A stretch of DNA of 19,760 bases from a candidate division WOR-3 bacterium (GTDB taxonomy: Bacteria > Hydrothermota > Tepidihabitantia > Tepidihabitantales > Tepidihabitantaceae). Positions within the stretch are counted from its first letter, which is position 1, and each line of letters starts with the position of its first letter. The stretch is from contig JBDRUH010000025.1 in NCBI GenBank assembly GCA_039801225.1, positions 1 to 19,760 of the forward strand, in the 5' to 3' direction. A model generated the notes under the pieces. It saw only the letters and a list, made by a program, of their open reading frames with translations, was not told the origin of the DNA and did no database searches. Shown in pieces: positions 6,788-15,467 of this stretch. The position numbers were made by a program, and so were the translations under genes.

Positions 6788-7153
6788 CTATTTTTGGAGA
6801 GGTAGATTCTCTTTTGCCAGTTCCACCAACTGGGCAAAATCCTCTGGCGACTGAACCGCCACCTCGGAAAGGACGCTGCGATCTAAGGCAACTCCGGCAA
6901 CCTTTAACCCGTGAATGAATCGGCTATAATTTAAACTATGCGGCTCTAAGGCGGCGTTTATCCGCGTAATCATTAAGGAACGAAAAACACGTTTCTTCTG
7001 CTTACGGTCGCGGTAGGCACTTAAAAGTCCATGCATAACCTGCAACCGGGCAGATTTATATAATCGGGATTTTCCGCCCCAGTAACCCTTTGCCTGCTTT
7101 AACCATTTCTTTCGCCGCTTTCTGGTGACCGGTCCTGTTTTTACCCGTGGCAT
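6788..7153 (-). CDS. rplT: 50S ribosomal protein L20 (bL20)
   Basis: MPRVKTG...KQAKGYWG, AYRDRKQKKRVFRSLMITRINAA, YSRFIHGLK and LDRSVLS; SD AAGGAG upstream. Confidence 0.98.
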   Translation of the reverse strand: MPRVKTGPVTRKRRKKWLKQAKGYWGGKSRLYKSARLQVMHGLLSAYRDRKQKKRVFRSLMITRINAALEPHSLNYSRFIHGLKVAGVALDRSVLSEVAVQSPEDFAQLVELAKENLPLQK

Positions 7154-7162
7154 AAAACTCCT

Positions 7163-7360
7163 TTACATATAGGGAAGCAGTCTCTTTAGCCTCTTGCGCA
7201 AAGATAAAGAAATCGCTGCTCTATGGAGCAGGCGTTTCCTTTTGCTACTTTTTATCCGGTTGTTATGACTGGTTCCGCCGGGATAGTAGCGATATTTCCC
7301 CGTAGCGGTAGTTTTGACTCGCTTTTTTAGCGAACTGAGCGTTTTCTGCTTTATTTTCAT
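7163..7360 (-). CDS. rpmI: 50S ribosomal protein L35 (bL35)
   Basis: 65 aa, basic, KQKT...KKRVKTTATGK...H...KSSKRKR...LLPY; lies between infC and rplT; ATGA overlap with infC. Confidence 0.95.
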   Translation of the reverse strand: MKIKQKTLSSLKKRVKTTATGKYRYYPGGTSHNNRIKSSKRKRLLHRAAISLSLRKRLKRLLPYM

Positions 7361-7917
7361 TTTGGCACCAACATCAGTTGAATTGACTTCCTACCTTCCT
7401 CTTGAAACCTGATCTGACCATCCACCTTTGCCACATCGGAAAGGTCATTCCGGATGCGTTCGAGCAGTTTATAAGCCATATCGGTATGAAGGACTTCGCG
7501 TCCGCGTAACCAGAGGATTAAACGAATTCGGTCTTTCTCAGCAAGGAATTCCCGCATCTTTTTCAACTTAACATCGTAGTCGTGCCGATCTATCTTCAAG
7601 TTGATTCTTATTTCCCGGACCTGTGTCTGATGTTGTTTTTTCTTCTTCTCCCGTTGCTTGATCCTCTGTTCGTAAAGATATTTACCTAAATCCATAATTC
7701 CACAAACCGGGGGTTCTTCTTTCGGTGCCAGCATTACCAGGTCATAATTCTGTCGTTGCGCTAACATCAGTGCCTCACGAGTGGGCATAATTCCAATCGG
7801 ATGTTTATCTGCATCCAGAACCCGAACATAAGGGACATCAATTTCGTTATTTACTTTCGGTCGGTTTTCTCGTTTTTCTCTTTGATTTTTATCAATACTA
7901 CTATACTGTTCCTGCAG
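7357..7917 (-). CDS. infC: Translation initiation factor IF-3 (non-canonical start, CTG 7917 or ATT 7896)
   Basis: The frame is open upstream of the listed ATG 7788 and encodes the IF3 N-domain (KVNNEIDVPYVRVLDADKHPIGIM), followed by DLV..A....PPVCGIMD.GKY.YE, IDRHDY..K and LRGRE. No in-frame ATG/GTG/TTG lies between the upstream TAA (7932-7930) and this domain. Confidence 0.93.
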   Translation of the reverse strand: MQEQYSSIDKNQREKRENRPKVNNEIDVPYVRVLDADKHPIGIMPTREALMLAQRQNYDLVMLAPKEEPPVCGIMDLGKYLYEQRIKQREKKKKQHQTQVREIRINLKIDRHDYDVKLKKMREFLAEKDRIRLILWLRGREVLHTDMAYKLLERIRNDLSDVAKVDGQIRFQEEGRKSIQLMLVPK

Positions 7918-9799
7918 AGTTTTCCTCCTTTATTTGGTTTATTACCTCTTCCAAGGGCATAATGCCTAAACTCCCTTTTTTATGTCGGCGGAGCGAAACA
8001 TTGCCGCTTTTTGCCTCTCTAGGACCGACGATAACAATAAAGGGAATTTTTTCTCTTTCCGCTTCACTGATCTTATAACTTATTTTATCATTATTAAAGT
8101 CAATTTCAACCCTTATCTTCTCAGCGGCAAGAATTTGCCCAACCTTCCGGGCGTAATCTGCCTCTTTCTCGGTAACAGTTAGAACACGCGCCTGGACTGG
8201 TGCTAGCCAGGTGGGAAATGCCCCGGCATAATGCTCGACCAAAATCCCCATAAACCGCTCAATACTGCCCAAGACCGTGCGGTGAATTAAATACACCGGC
8301 TGATGGCTACCATTTTTATCCATATAGTATAGGTCAAACTTAGTGCCAAGATTAAAATCAAACTGGCAGGTAGAACACTGAAACTCCCGTCCCAATGAGT
8401 CGGCAAGATGGATATCAATCTTTGGACCGTAGAAAACCGCCTCACCCTCGGCCCGGTGAAAATTCAGCCCCAAACGATTAAGTGCTTTTATTAACGAATC
8501 CTCCGCCACCTGCCACTCTTCGTCCGAGCCAAGATATTTTTCCGGGTGTTTAGGGTCGCGAACCGAAAGCACAATACTGAACTTATCAAAACCAAACCTC
8601 CTAAGGAGTTTTAAGGAAAGGTTTACTACCCCATAGATCTCCTCGTCCACCTGCTCCTTAGTGCAGAAGATATGCGCATCATCCTGAGTAAAACCCCGCA
8701 CCCGCATCATACCGTGTAACACTCCCGAGCGTTCATAACGGTAAACCGTTCCCCACTCAGCCATTCGCAATGGCAGGTCGCGATAGGAATGAACCTTTCG
8801 CCGGTAAATCAGAATATGACCGGGACAGTTCATCGGTTTCAAAACATACTCCTCATTCTCAACCGGGATGACATACATATTCTCCCGGTAATAATCATAA
8901 TGGCCGGAACGGTGCCAAAGTTCGCTTCGGGCAATATGAGGCGTTACCACCAGTTGGTAGTTCGCGCCAAGGTGCTCCCTTTCCCAGAAATCCTGAATCA
9001 ACCTTCTAACTGTCGCGCCTTTGGGATGCCAGAATACCAAACCGGCACCCGCCTCTTCATGAAAACTATAAAGGTCAAGTGCTGGACCAAGCCTTCGGTG
9101 GTCGCGGCGCTTAGCCTCCTCAAGCCGGTTGAGCCAATCCTTAAGCATTTTTTCATCAGGGAAAGCCACACCATAAATCCGGGAAAGCATCCGATTCCTC
9201 TCGTCACCCCGCCAATAAGCCCCGGCAACACTCAACAGTTTAAAAGCCTTGATTCTGCTGGTATCCGGAATATGGGGACCACGACAGAGGTCAACAAAAT
9301 CACCCTGCTCGTAAACTGAAATCATCTCGTCAGGAATCTCCTCAATTATTGCCAATTTATAACTCTCATTCCGCTTGGAGAAAAGTTCCATCGCCTCTTT
9401 CCGGGAAAGCATCTTGTGCACAATGGGAATTTTTTGTTGGATTAGTTCAGCCATTCTCCTTTCAATTTTCGGCAAATCATTCTCCGTAAACGGGACCGGG
9501 ACATCAAAGTCGTAATAGAACCCCTCATTCGTCGCCGGACCGATTGTCACCTTTGCCATTGGGTATAACTGCTTCACCGCCTGGGCCATCAAATGGGAAG
9601 CGGAATGCCAGAAGATTGCTCTGCCCTCAGGAGAATCAAACCGCAGCGATTCTATTGTGGCTTCCTTATCAATCCGGAACGAAAGGTCAACCAGCCTGCC
9701 ATCAACCCGGGCAGCAATCGCCTCCGGATCGGCAAGCAATTCACCCGCGGTCTTACCCGGTTCCACTTGGCGCGATTCACCATTAACTATAACTTTCAT
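7901..9799 (-). CDS. thrS: Threonine--tRNA ligase
   Basis: WHSASHLMAQA and DLCRGPH editing motifs, RDHRRLG, KPMNCPGH, YRYERSG, FTQDDAH, FYGPKID and IHRTVLGSIERF; 632 aa. Confidence 0.99.
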   Translation of the reverse strand: MKVIVNGESRQVEPGKTAGELLADPEAIAARVDGRLVDLSFRIDKEATIESLRFDSPEGRAIFWHSASHLMAQAVKQLYPMAKVTIGPATNEGFYYDFDVPVPFTENDLPKIERRMAELIQQKIPIVHKMLSRKEAMELFSKRNESYKLAIIEEIPDEMISVYEQGDFVDLCRGPHIPDTSRIKAFKLLSVAGAYWRGDERNRMLSRIYGVAFPDEKMLKDWLNRLEEAKRRDHRRLGPALDLYSFHEEAGAGLVFWHPKGATVRRLIQDFWEREHLGANYQLVVTPHIARSELWHRSGHYDYYRENMYVIPVENEEYVLKPMNCPGHILIYRRKVHSYRDLPLRMAEWGTVYRYERSGVLHGMMRVRGFTQDDAHIFCTKEQVDEEIYGVVNLSLKLLRRFGFDKFSIVLSVRDPKHPEKYLGSDEEWQVAEDSLIKALNRLGLNFHRAEGEAVFYGPKIDIHLADSLGREFQCSTCQFDFNLGTKFDLYYMDKNGSHQPVYLIHRTVLGSIERFMGILVEHYAGAFPTWLAPVQARVLTVTEKEADYARKVGQILAAEKIRVEIDFNNDKISYKISEAEREKIPFIVIVGPREAKSGNVSLRRHKKGSLGIMPLEEVINQIKEENSAGTV

Positions 9800-9807
9800 T
9801 ACAGGTA

Positions 9808-9835
9808 ATTTTATTTAATACTGAAAATTTGTCAA
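9808..9835 (-). promoter_or_regulatory. sigma70-type promoter of thrS-infC-rpmI-rplT (leaderless or ultra-short leader)
   Basis: Minus strand: TTGACA (9835-9830), 16 nt, TAAAAT (9813-9808), 8 nt, then ATG 9799; no SD. Confidence 0.75.
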
Positions 9836-9891
9836 CATTTTGTGATAACAATAGGGCAACAGTCAAATAAACACAAATGAAGTTCTCATTG

Positions 9892-9920
9892 TTGACCAGC
9901 AATTCAGTCTCACATAGAAT
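9892..9920 (+). promoter_or_regulatory. sigma70-type promoter of ispF-rhomboid (ultra-short leader)
   Basis: TTGACC (9892-9897), 17 nt, TAGAAT (9915-9920), 8 nt, then TTG 9929; no SD. Confidence 0.7.
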
Positions 9921-9928
9921 ATGTTAAC

Positions 9929-10438
9929 TTGAATGATGAAATTCCTTATCGTATTGGCATCGGATTTGACGCCCATGAGTTAAAAAGAGGACGCCCGTTT
10001 GTCCTCGGCGGCACACCTCTCCCCTATCACTTAGGACTTTCTGGACATTCTGATGGCGATGTTCTTCTTCACGCTTTAATGGATGCCATCCTGGGCGCCT
10101 TAGCCCTGCCCGATATTGGTGTCCTTTTTCCCGTTACCAGCCCGGAATATAAGAACATAGACAGCCGTAATCTGTTGAAGATGGTCCTTAGAAAGATGAG
10201 ACAGAGAAAGTGGCGCCTGGCACAAATTGACTGTGTAATAGTTTGTGACCGACCTAAACTGGCTCCCCATACGCCATTACTCCGAAAGACACTTGCCTCC
10301 CTTCTGAAACTTCGCGAAAATATGATCGGTCTTAAGGCAAAAACCACTGAGGGCACCAGATTTGCCCTGCCAAACAAAAGTGTCTCAGCACTGGTGGTAA
10401 CGCTACTTGTTCCAAAACCCAAAATCCAAAATAGATGA
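9929..10438 (+). CDS. ispF: 2-C-methyl-D-erythritol 2,4-cyclodiphosphate synthase
   Basis: RIGIGFDAH, GHSDGDVLLHALMDAILGA, DIGVLFP, PKLAP and KAKTTEG; stand-alone (not fused to IspD); TTG start. Confidence 0.97.
   Translation: MNDEIPYRIGIGFDAHELKRGRPFVLGGTPLPYHLGLSGHSDGDVLLHALMDAILGALALPDIGVLFPVTSPEYKNIDSRNLLKMVLRKMRQRKWRLAQIDCVIVCDRPKLAPHTPLLRKTLASLLKLRENMIGLKAKTTEGTRFALPNKSVSALVVTLLVPKPKIQNR
10411..10431 (+). repeat. Heptamer repeat (TCCAAAA CCCAAAA TCCAAAA) at the 3' end of ispF
   Basis: Three 7-nt units encoding the tail PKPKIQN; same xCAAAA pattern as 24-58. Confidence 0.55.
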
Positions 10439-11100
10439 TTCCCCTGCACGACGATATTAAGTCCTCGCGCCGACCATTTATCAATTATGCGCTCATCGCC
10501 ACCTGCGCCATTGTCTGGATTTTTCAATTCACCCGCTCCCCGGAAATGTTTGAGTGGCAGATAAAAAAATTCGGAATGATGCCCGCCGCTATCATCCAGG
10601 GAAAGAGACTCTGGACATTGTTTAGTTCAATGTTTATGCATGGGGGCTGGGGACACTTCATCGGTAATATGCTCTATCTCTGGATATTCGGCGACAATGT
10701 GGAAGATGCCTTTGGGCACTTTTTCTATCTGGTAGTTTATCTTACCTGTGGCGTTGCTGGTAGCCTCTTACAGGTCCTCGTCGCTCCTTACTCAACGATT
10801 CCCACAATCGGGGCCTCGGGTGCGATTTCGGGAATAATGGGCGCATATTTTATCTTCTACCCCCGAGCACGAATTTTAACCCTAATACCATTTTTCTTCT
10901 TCCTGCGTCTGGTTTATCTACCCGCCTTTTTACTCTTGGGCTTCTGGATAGTCTTTCAACTACTCTACGGCTGTTCCTCAACACCAGGGACCGGGGGTGG
11001 CATCGCCTATTTCGTCCATATCGGCGGTTTTGCTACCGGCATTATTTTCGGGCTTCTATTTCGCCCTCGTATCAAAAGACCCTGGTATGAAATATATTAA
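10435..11100 (+). CDS. Rhomboid family intramembrane serine protease
   Basis: MIPLHD, SMFMHGGWGHFIGNMLYLWIFGDNVED, IGASGAISG (catalytic Ser) and AYFVHIGGF (catalytic His); multiple TM segments; ATGA overlap with ispF. Confidence 0.96.
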   Translation: MIPLHDDIKSSRRPFINYALIATCAIVWIFQFTRSPEMFEWQIKKFGMMPAAIIQGKRLWTLFSSMFMHGGWGHFIGNMLYLWIFGDNVEDAFGHFFYLVVYLTCGVAGSLLQVLVAPYSTIPTIGASGAISGIMGAYFIFYPRARILTLIPFFFFLRLVYLPAFLLLGFWIVFQLLYGCSSTPGTGGGIAYFVHIGGFATGIIFGLLFRPRIKRPWYEIY

Positions 11101-11114
11101 AATATTGCTTAAAG

Positions 11115-13199
11115 TTATTCCTTAGACTCCTCTTTTGCTCGCTTCGCCTCTTCAATAATCCGCTGAGCGAACTCCCGTGGCACCTCCTCGTAATGGTCAA
11201 ACTCCATTGTAAAAAACCCTCTACCCTGGGTCATTGAACGAAGACTGTTGGAATACTTATACATTTCCGCTAGTGGCACCTGTGCCTTAATCACCTGCAG
11301 ACCACCCTGCGCCTCCATCCCCATAATCCTTCCCCGCCGGGCATTGAGGTCACCCATAACATCACCGGTATAACGGTCCGGAACAGTAACCTCAACATTC
11401 ATTATCGGTTCCAAAAGTACCACACCGGCTTTTTCACAAGCATTCTTAAACGCCAAACTGCCGGCAATCTTGAAGGCAATATCAGAGGAGTCAACCTCGT
11501 GATAAGAACCATCGTAAACTGTTGCCTTAATGTCCATCATTCGGTAGCCGGCCAGAACTCCCTTCTCCATCGCTTCAACTACCCCTTTTTCCACTGCCGG
11601 TATGTATTTAGAAGGAATTGCCCCGCCATAAATCTCGTCAGCAAACTCAAATCCGCTCCCTCTTGGCAGAGGTTCAATCCTAAGCCAAACATCACCATAC
11701 TGTCCTCTCCCACCAGTCTGCTTCTTATGTTTCCCCTGTGCCTCTGCCTTCTTAACAATTGTCTCCCGATAAGGAATCTTTGGCTTCACCAGTTCAACAT
11801 TCACATCAAACCGTCGCTTTAACCTGCCCACAATCACATCCAAGTGCAATTCACCCATACCATTAACTAATTGCTGTCCTAACTCAACATTATACTCATA
11901 AGAAAAGGTCGGGTCCTCCTCGTGTAAACGCGCCAGCCCATTGGACACTCTCTCCTCATCCCCTTTACTCTGAGGCACAATCGCAACCGAGATTGAGGGT
12001 TTAGGAAAAACAATCGGGGACAATCGGACTGGCTCCCTTTTGTCGGCAAGTGTATCGCCGGTATGGGTATCCCGAAGTTTCACTAATGCACCGACCATCC
12101 CAGTAGTCAACTGACCAATCTCAGTCCGTTCTTTTCCTTTGACAACATATATCTGATTAATCTTCTCCTCGCGTTGATTCGTTCCGTTCAAAACAACCAT
12201 TCCCGATTCCAGTTTTCCCCGGAAGACCCGGACATAGTGCATATCACCCAGATGGGCTTCAGATATCGTTTTAAAGACCAGCGCACAAACCGGACCATCA
12301 GGTTCTGCCTTAATTTCAACAGCCTCGCCACTTGCCGGTCTTACGCCGGTCAATGCTGGCATATCATTAGGGCTGGGTAGAAGGTCACAGGCGACATCAA
12401 GCAAAAGGTCAACGCCAACCTGAGTTAGCGCATCGCCACCTAACATTGGATATACCACACCTGCCTTTATCCCTTGGCGCAATGCCCGCCGCATCTCCTC
12501 CGGGGTAATCTCCTCACCCTCCAGAAACTTCTCCGTCAAACCCTCATCCACCTCGGCTGCCGCCTCAATCAACTTTTCCTTCCATTGCGCGATTGAAGCC
12601 GACATCTCCGCCGGAACCGCCGTTTCTTTTCTTAAGCCTTTTTCATAGATGTAAGCCCGATCATTTAAAAGGTCAACCGCCCCTTTTAGATTTCCCTCGC
12701 TGCCAATGGGCAAAAAAACCGGGATAATTCTCGTGCCAAAAGCCTTCCGCACCTCCTCAGCGGTTCGGTCAAAACTGGTATTCTCCCGGGCGAGTTTATT
12801 AATAAACACCACTCTGGAAAGATGGGCTTCGTCCAACCGGCGCCAAGCCATTTCCGTTCCCACCTCAACTCCGGAGGTGGCATCCACCACCACTACCCCG
12901 CTGTCAATCGCCCGAATTGCGGAAACGACATTGCCAAAAAAATCGGCATAACCAGGAGTATCCAAAAGGTTAATTAAAGTTTCCCGATACTCACCATATC
13001 CCAAAGATAGATTGATACTTATCTTCCGGGCAACCTCATCCTCATCATAATCCAAAAGGGAAGTTCCCGCATCAACCGAACCAAGTCTGGTGTTCTGTTT
13101 CATTGTGTAAAGGAGCGACTCGCCGAGCGATGTCTTACCCGAGCCGCCGTGACCAAAAAAGCCAATATTCCGAATTTGTTCTACATTATATTGTTTCAC
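11115..13199 (-). CDS. fusA: Elongation factor G paralog (EF-G2 type)
   Basis: GHGGSGKTS, RKISI, DTPGYADF, GMGELHL, PYRETI, KKQTGGRGQYG, GSYHEVDSS and LRSMTQGRG; 694 aa. Outside the str operon; GTG start with SD GAGAGG. Confidence 0.95.
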   Translation of the reverse strand: MKQYNVEQIRNIGFFGHGGSGKTSLGESLLYTMKQNTRLGSVDAGTSLLDYDEDEVARKISINLSLGYGEYRETLINLLDTPGYADFFGNVVSAIRAIDSGVVVVDATSGVEVGTEMAWRRLDEAHLSRVVFINKLARENTSFDRTAEEVRKAFGTRIIPVFLPIGSEGNLKGAVDLLNDRAYIYEKGLRKETAVPAEMSASIAQWKEKLIEAAAEVDEGLTEKFLEGEEITPEEMRRALRQGIKAGVVYPMLGGDALTQVGVDLLLDVACDLLPSPNDMPALTGVRPASGEAVEIKAEPDGPVCALVFKTISEAHLGDMHYVRVFRGKLESGMVVLNGTNQREEKINQIYVVKGKERTEIGQLTTGMVGALVKLRDTHTGDTLADKREPVRLSPIVFPKPSISVAIVPQSKGDEERVSNGLARLHEEDPTFSYEYNVELGQQLVNGMGELHLDVIVGRLKRRFDVNVELVKPKIPYRETIVKKAEAQGKHKKQTGGRGQYGDVWLRIEPLPRGSGFEFADEIYGGAIPSKYIPAVEKGVVEAMEKGVLAGYRMMDIKATVYDGSYHEVDSSDIAFKIAGSLAFKNACEKAGVVLLEPIMNVEVTVPDRYTGDVMGDLNARRGRIMGMEAQGGLQVIKAQVPLAEMYKYSNSLRSMTQGRGFFTMEFDHYEEVPREFAQRIIEEAKRAKEESKE

Positions 13200-13231
13200 A
13201 ATTGCCTCTCTTTCAAAATCTAAATTATGAA

Positions 13232-13259
13232 ATCATAACCAAACCTTTAAACCAGTCAA
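13232..13259 (-). promoter_or_regulatory. sigma70-type promoter of the EF-G2 gene (leadered, with SD)
   Basis: Minus strand: TTGACT (13259-13254), 16 nt, TATGAT (13237-13232); roughly 26-nt leader containing GAGAGG (13210-13205). Confidence 0.7.
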
Positions 13260-13340
13260 GCACTCACATAATACCATAAAAATTATAAGTTCGGAGTTTG
13301 CCACAATAATTTCAATTTCTATGCGGGAAAAGGTAGTGGG

Positions 13341-15467
13341 CTAGCGCAAGAGAATCCGGGCATCAATTGCCACTGCGCCCTGTCCCTCGTAATAGACCAG
13401 AAACGGGTTAATGTCAATCTCTTCAAATTCTAAAAAGTCGGTTACCAGTTGGGAAAGACGCTGGATGGACTCTATGATTTTCTTTTTGTCCCTTGGCGGT
13501 TGACCCCGGAAAGGCTCTAATAGCGGATAGGCTTTAATATTGGTGAGCATTGATTCTGCTGAAATGTCATTAATCGGCGCCATCCGAAATACCACATCCT
13601 TCAACACCTCAACCATTATACCACCCAATCCAAACATTAAGAGCGGTCCGAAATGGGGGTCTCGTTTCATCCCGATAATTGTTTCCAGCCCTCCGGGAAG
13701 TGCCATCTTCTGCACCATAAAACCCCATACCTCGGCATTTGGTTTTTTATCTTGCACCGATTCACTTATCGCCGAGAAGGCATTTTTTAACTCCTCATCA
13801 TTTTTGATGTTGACCTTAACGCCGCCAAACTCGGTTTTGTGTAATATATCCGGGGAAACTACTTTAAGAACAACTGGATAACCGATTCTCTGGGCAGAAT
13901 GAAGCGCCTCGTTAAGATTTTGAACCATCTCAAACTCCAGCACTGGAAGACCATAGGCTTTCAGAATTTCGTAACACTCTGGCTCGGAAAGGTATTGCCT
14001 AGCGCGCTTTTTTGCCCGAGCGAGAAGTTCTTTTACCCTTTCTGGGTTGGTGTCTTTGAAATGAACAATTTTACCAGGTCCTCTTTTGCTCAATCGGGCA
14101 AATTCTGCCATCGCTGCCATCGCTCGGGCGGCATTTTCCGGAAAGAGGAAGTGGGGAATGCGGTCGCGTAACAGGGTTCGCCTTATCGCGGTATTGTCGC
14201 CCATCGTCTGGATACAGGCAAGGATAGGTTTTTCCGACTTCTGTGCCTCTTCAGCGATAACATTGGCAACATCAATTGCCTCAGCCACAACGGTAGGCGT
14301 CCAGATGGGAATGAGGGCATCAACATTCTCGTCCTGGAGAAGAATTCGGAATGCGGCACGGTAGCGATTGGCATCTCCATCTCCGATGATATCCACCGGA
14401 TTATTGGTGGCAGCCGCAGGCGGCAGGACTTTTTTCAGTTCGGTGCGGGTTTTCTCTGAAAGCGACGCCATCTTTAGACCGTAGCGGATACAGGCATCGG
14501 TTGCCATTATTCCAATACCACCGGCGTTAGTTATGATGGCAACCCGCGGACCTTTTGGTGCAGGCTGATAGGCTAATGCTGCTGCTTTAGCAATCAGTTC
14601 ATTCACTGTCTCAACGCGTAGAATGCGTGCCTGAGCAAAGAAGGCGTTATATGCTTCATCTGAGCCAGCAAGCGCCCCGGTATGGGAGGATGCGGCACGA
14701 GCACCTTCTCTTGTTCTACCCGCTTTAATGGCGAGGATAGGCTTCGGGTGTTTGGGATGAGATGTTATCTCCCGGGCAAGCCGCATAAACTCCGCCGGGT
14801 TGACCAGGTCTTCAAGATAAAAGGCGATCACCTGAGTTTTTTCGTCATCTTTTAAGTAAGCCAGGAGGTCGCACTCATTAATATCCGCCTTGTTACCAAT
14901 AGAAACAAACTTTGAGAGACCAACCTCTTCGGACGCAGCATATTCCAGAGCGTTGGCACCAACCGCACCCGATTGGGAGATGAGGGCGATGTTGCCAGGT
15001 GGCGGCATAACCTTGCCAAAAGTGGTATTAAGTCTAACTTCAGGGTCGGTGTTAATCATTCCAAAACAGTTAGGACCGATAAGTCGGATACCCCAGGTGC
15101 GTGCCCGCTCTTTAACCGCCTGCTCCAACGCAGCACCAGTCTGTCCCAGTTCCTTAAATCCAGCCGAGATGACAATTGCCCCTTTTACTTTTTTCTGTCC
15201 GCACTCGGCAAGAACCGCCGGGACGGTGATCGCCGGGACGATGAGAATCGCCAAATCAATTTCGTCCTCAACATCAAGGATAGAAGGGTAGGCTTTTACC
15301 CCGAGGATGCTTTTTGCTTTAGGGTTTACCGGATAAACTACTCCGGTGTAGCCATTGAAAAGGATGTTGGCAAAAAGCGCTCTGCCAACCGAACCCTCCC
15401 GAATTGAAGCGCCAATCACCGCAATAGAGCGAGGTTTGAAAATAAAGTCAAGAGAATCTGGGCTCAT
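13341..15467 (-). CDS. Acetate/acyl--CoA ligase (ADP-forming), fused alpha-beta
   Basis: PRSIAVIGAS CoA-binding domain, IGPNCFG, SQSGA, SIGNKAD, ASSHTGALAG (phospho-His), NNPVD, YPVVLKVVSPDILHKTEFGGV (second His, ATP-grasp), DPHFGP and EIDINP; 708 aa. Confidence 0.93.
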   Translation of the reverse strand: MSPDSLDFIFKPRSIAVIGASIREGSVGRALFANILFNGYTGVVYPVNPKAKSILGVKAYPSILDVEDEIDLAILIVPAITVPAVLAECGQKKVKGAIVISAGFKELGQTGAALEQAVKERARTWGIRLIGPNCFGMINTDPEVRLNTTFGKVMPPPGNIALISQSGAVGANALEYAASEEVGLSKFVSIGNKADINECDLLAYLKDDEKTQVIAFYLEDLVNPAEFMRLAREITSHPKHPKPILAIKAGRTREGARAASSHTGALAGSDEAYNAFFAQARILRVETVNELIAKAAALAYQPAPKGPRVAIITNAGGIGIMATDACIRYGLKMASLSEKTRTELKKVLPPAAATNNPVDIIGDGDANRYRAAFRILLQDENVDALIPIWTPTVVAEAIDVANVIAEEAQKSEKPILACIQTMGDNTAIRRTLLRDRIPHFLFPENAARAMAAMAEFARLSKRGPGKIVHFKDTNPERVKELLARAKKRARQYLSEPECYEILKAYGLPVLEFEMVQNLNEALHSAQRIGYPVVLKVVSPDILHKTEFGGVKVNIKNDEELKNAFSAISESVQDKKPNAEVWGFMVQKMALPGGLETIIGMKRDPHFGPLLMFGLGGIMVEVLKDVVFRMAPINDISAESMLTNIKAYPLLEPFRGQPPRDKKKIIESIQRLSQLVTDFLEFEEIDINPFLVYYEGQGAVAIDARILLR

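Noticed and set aside
9921..9932. Mini-ORF ATG TTA ACT TGA overlapping the ispF TTG start
   Set aside because: Its ATG directly abuts the -10 box and would lie upstream of the predicted TSS.
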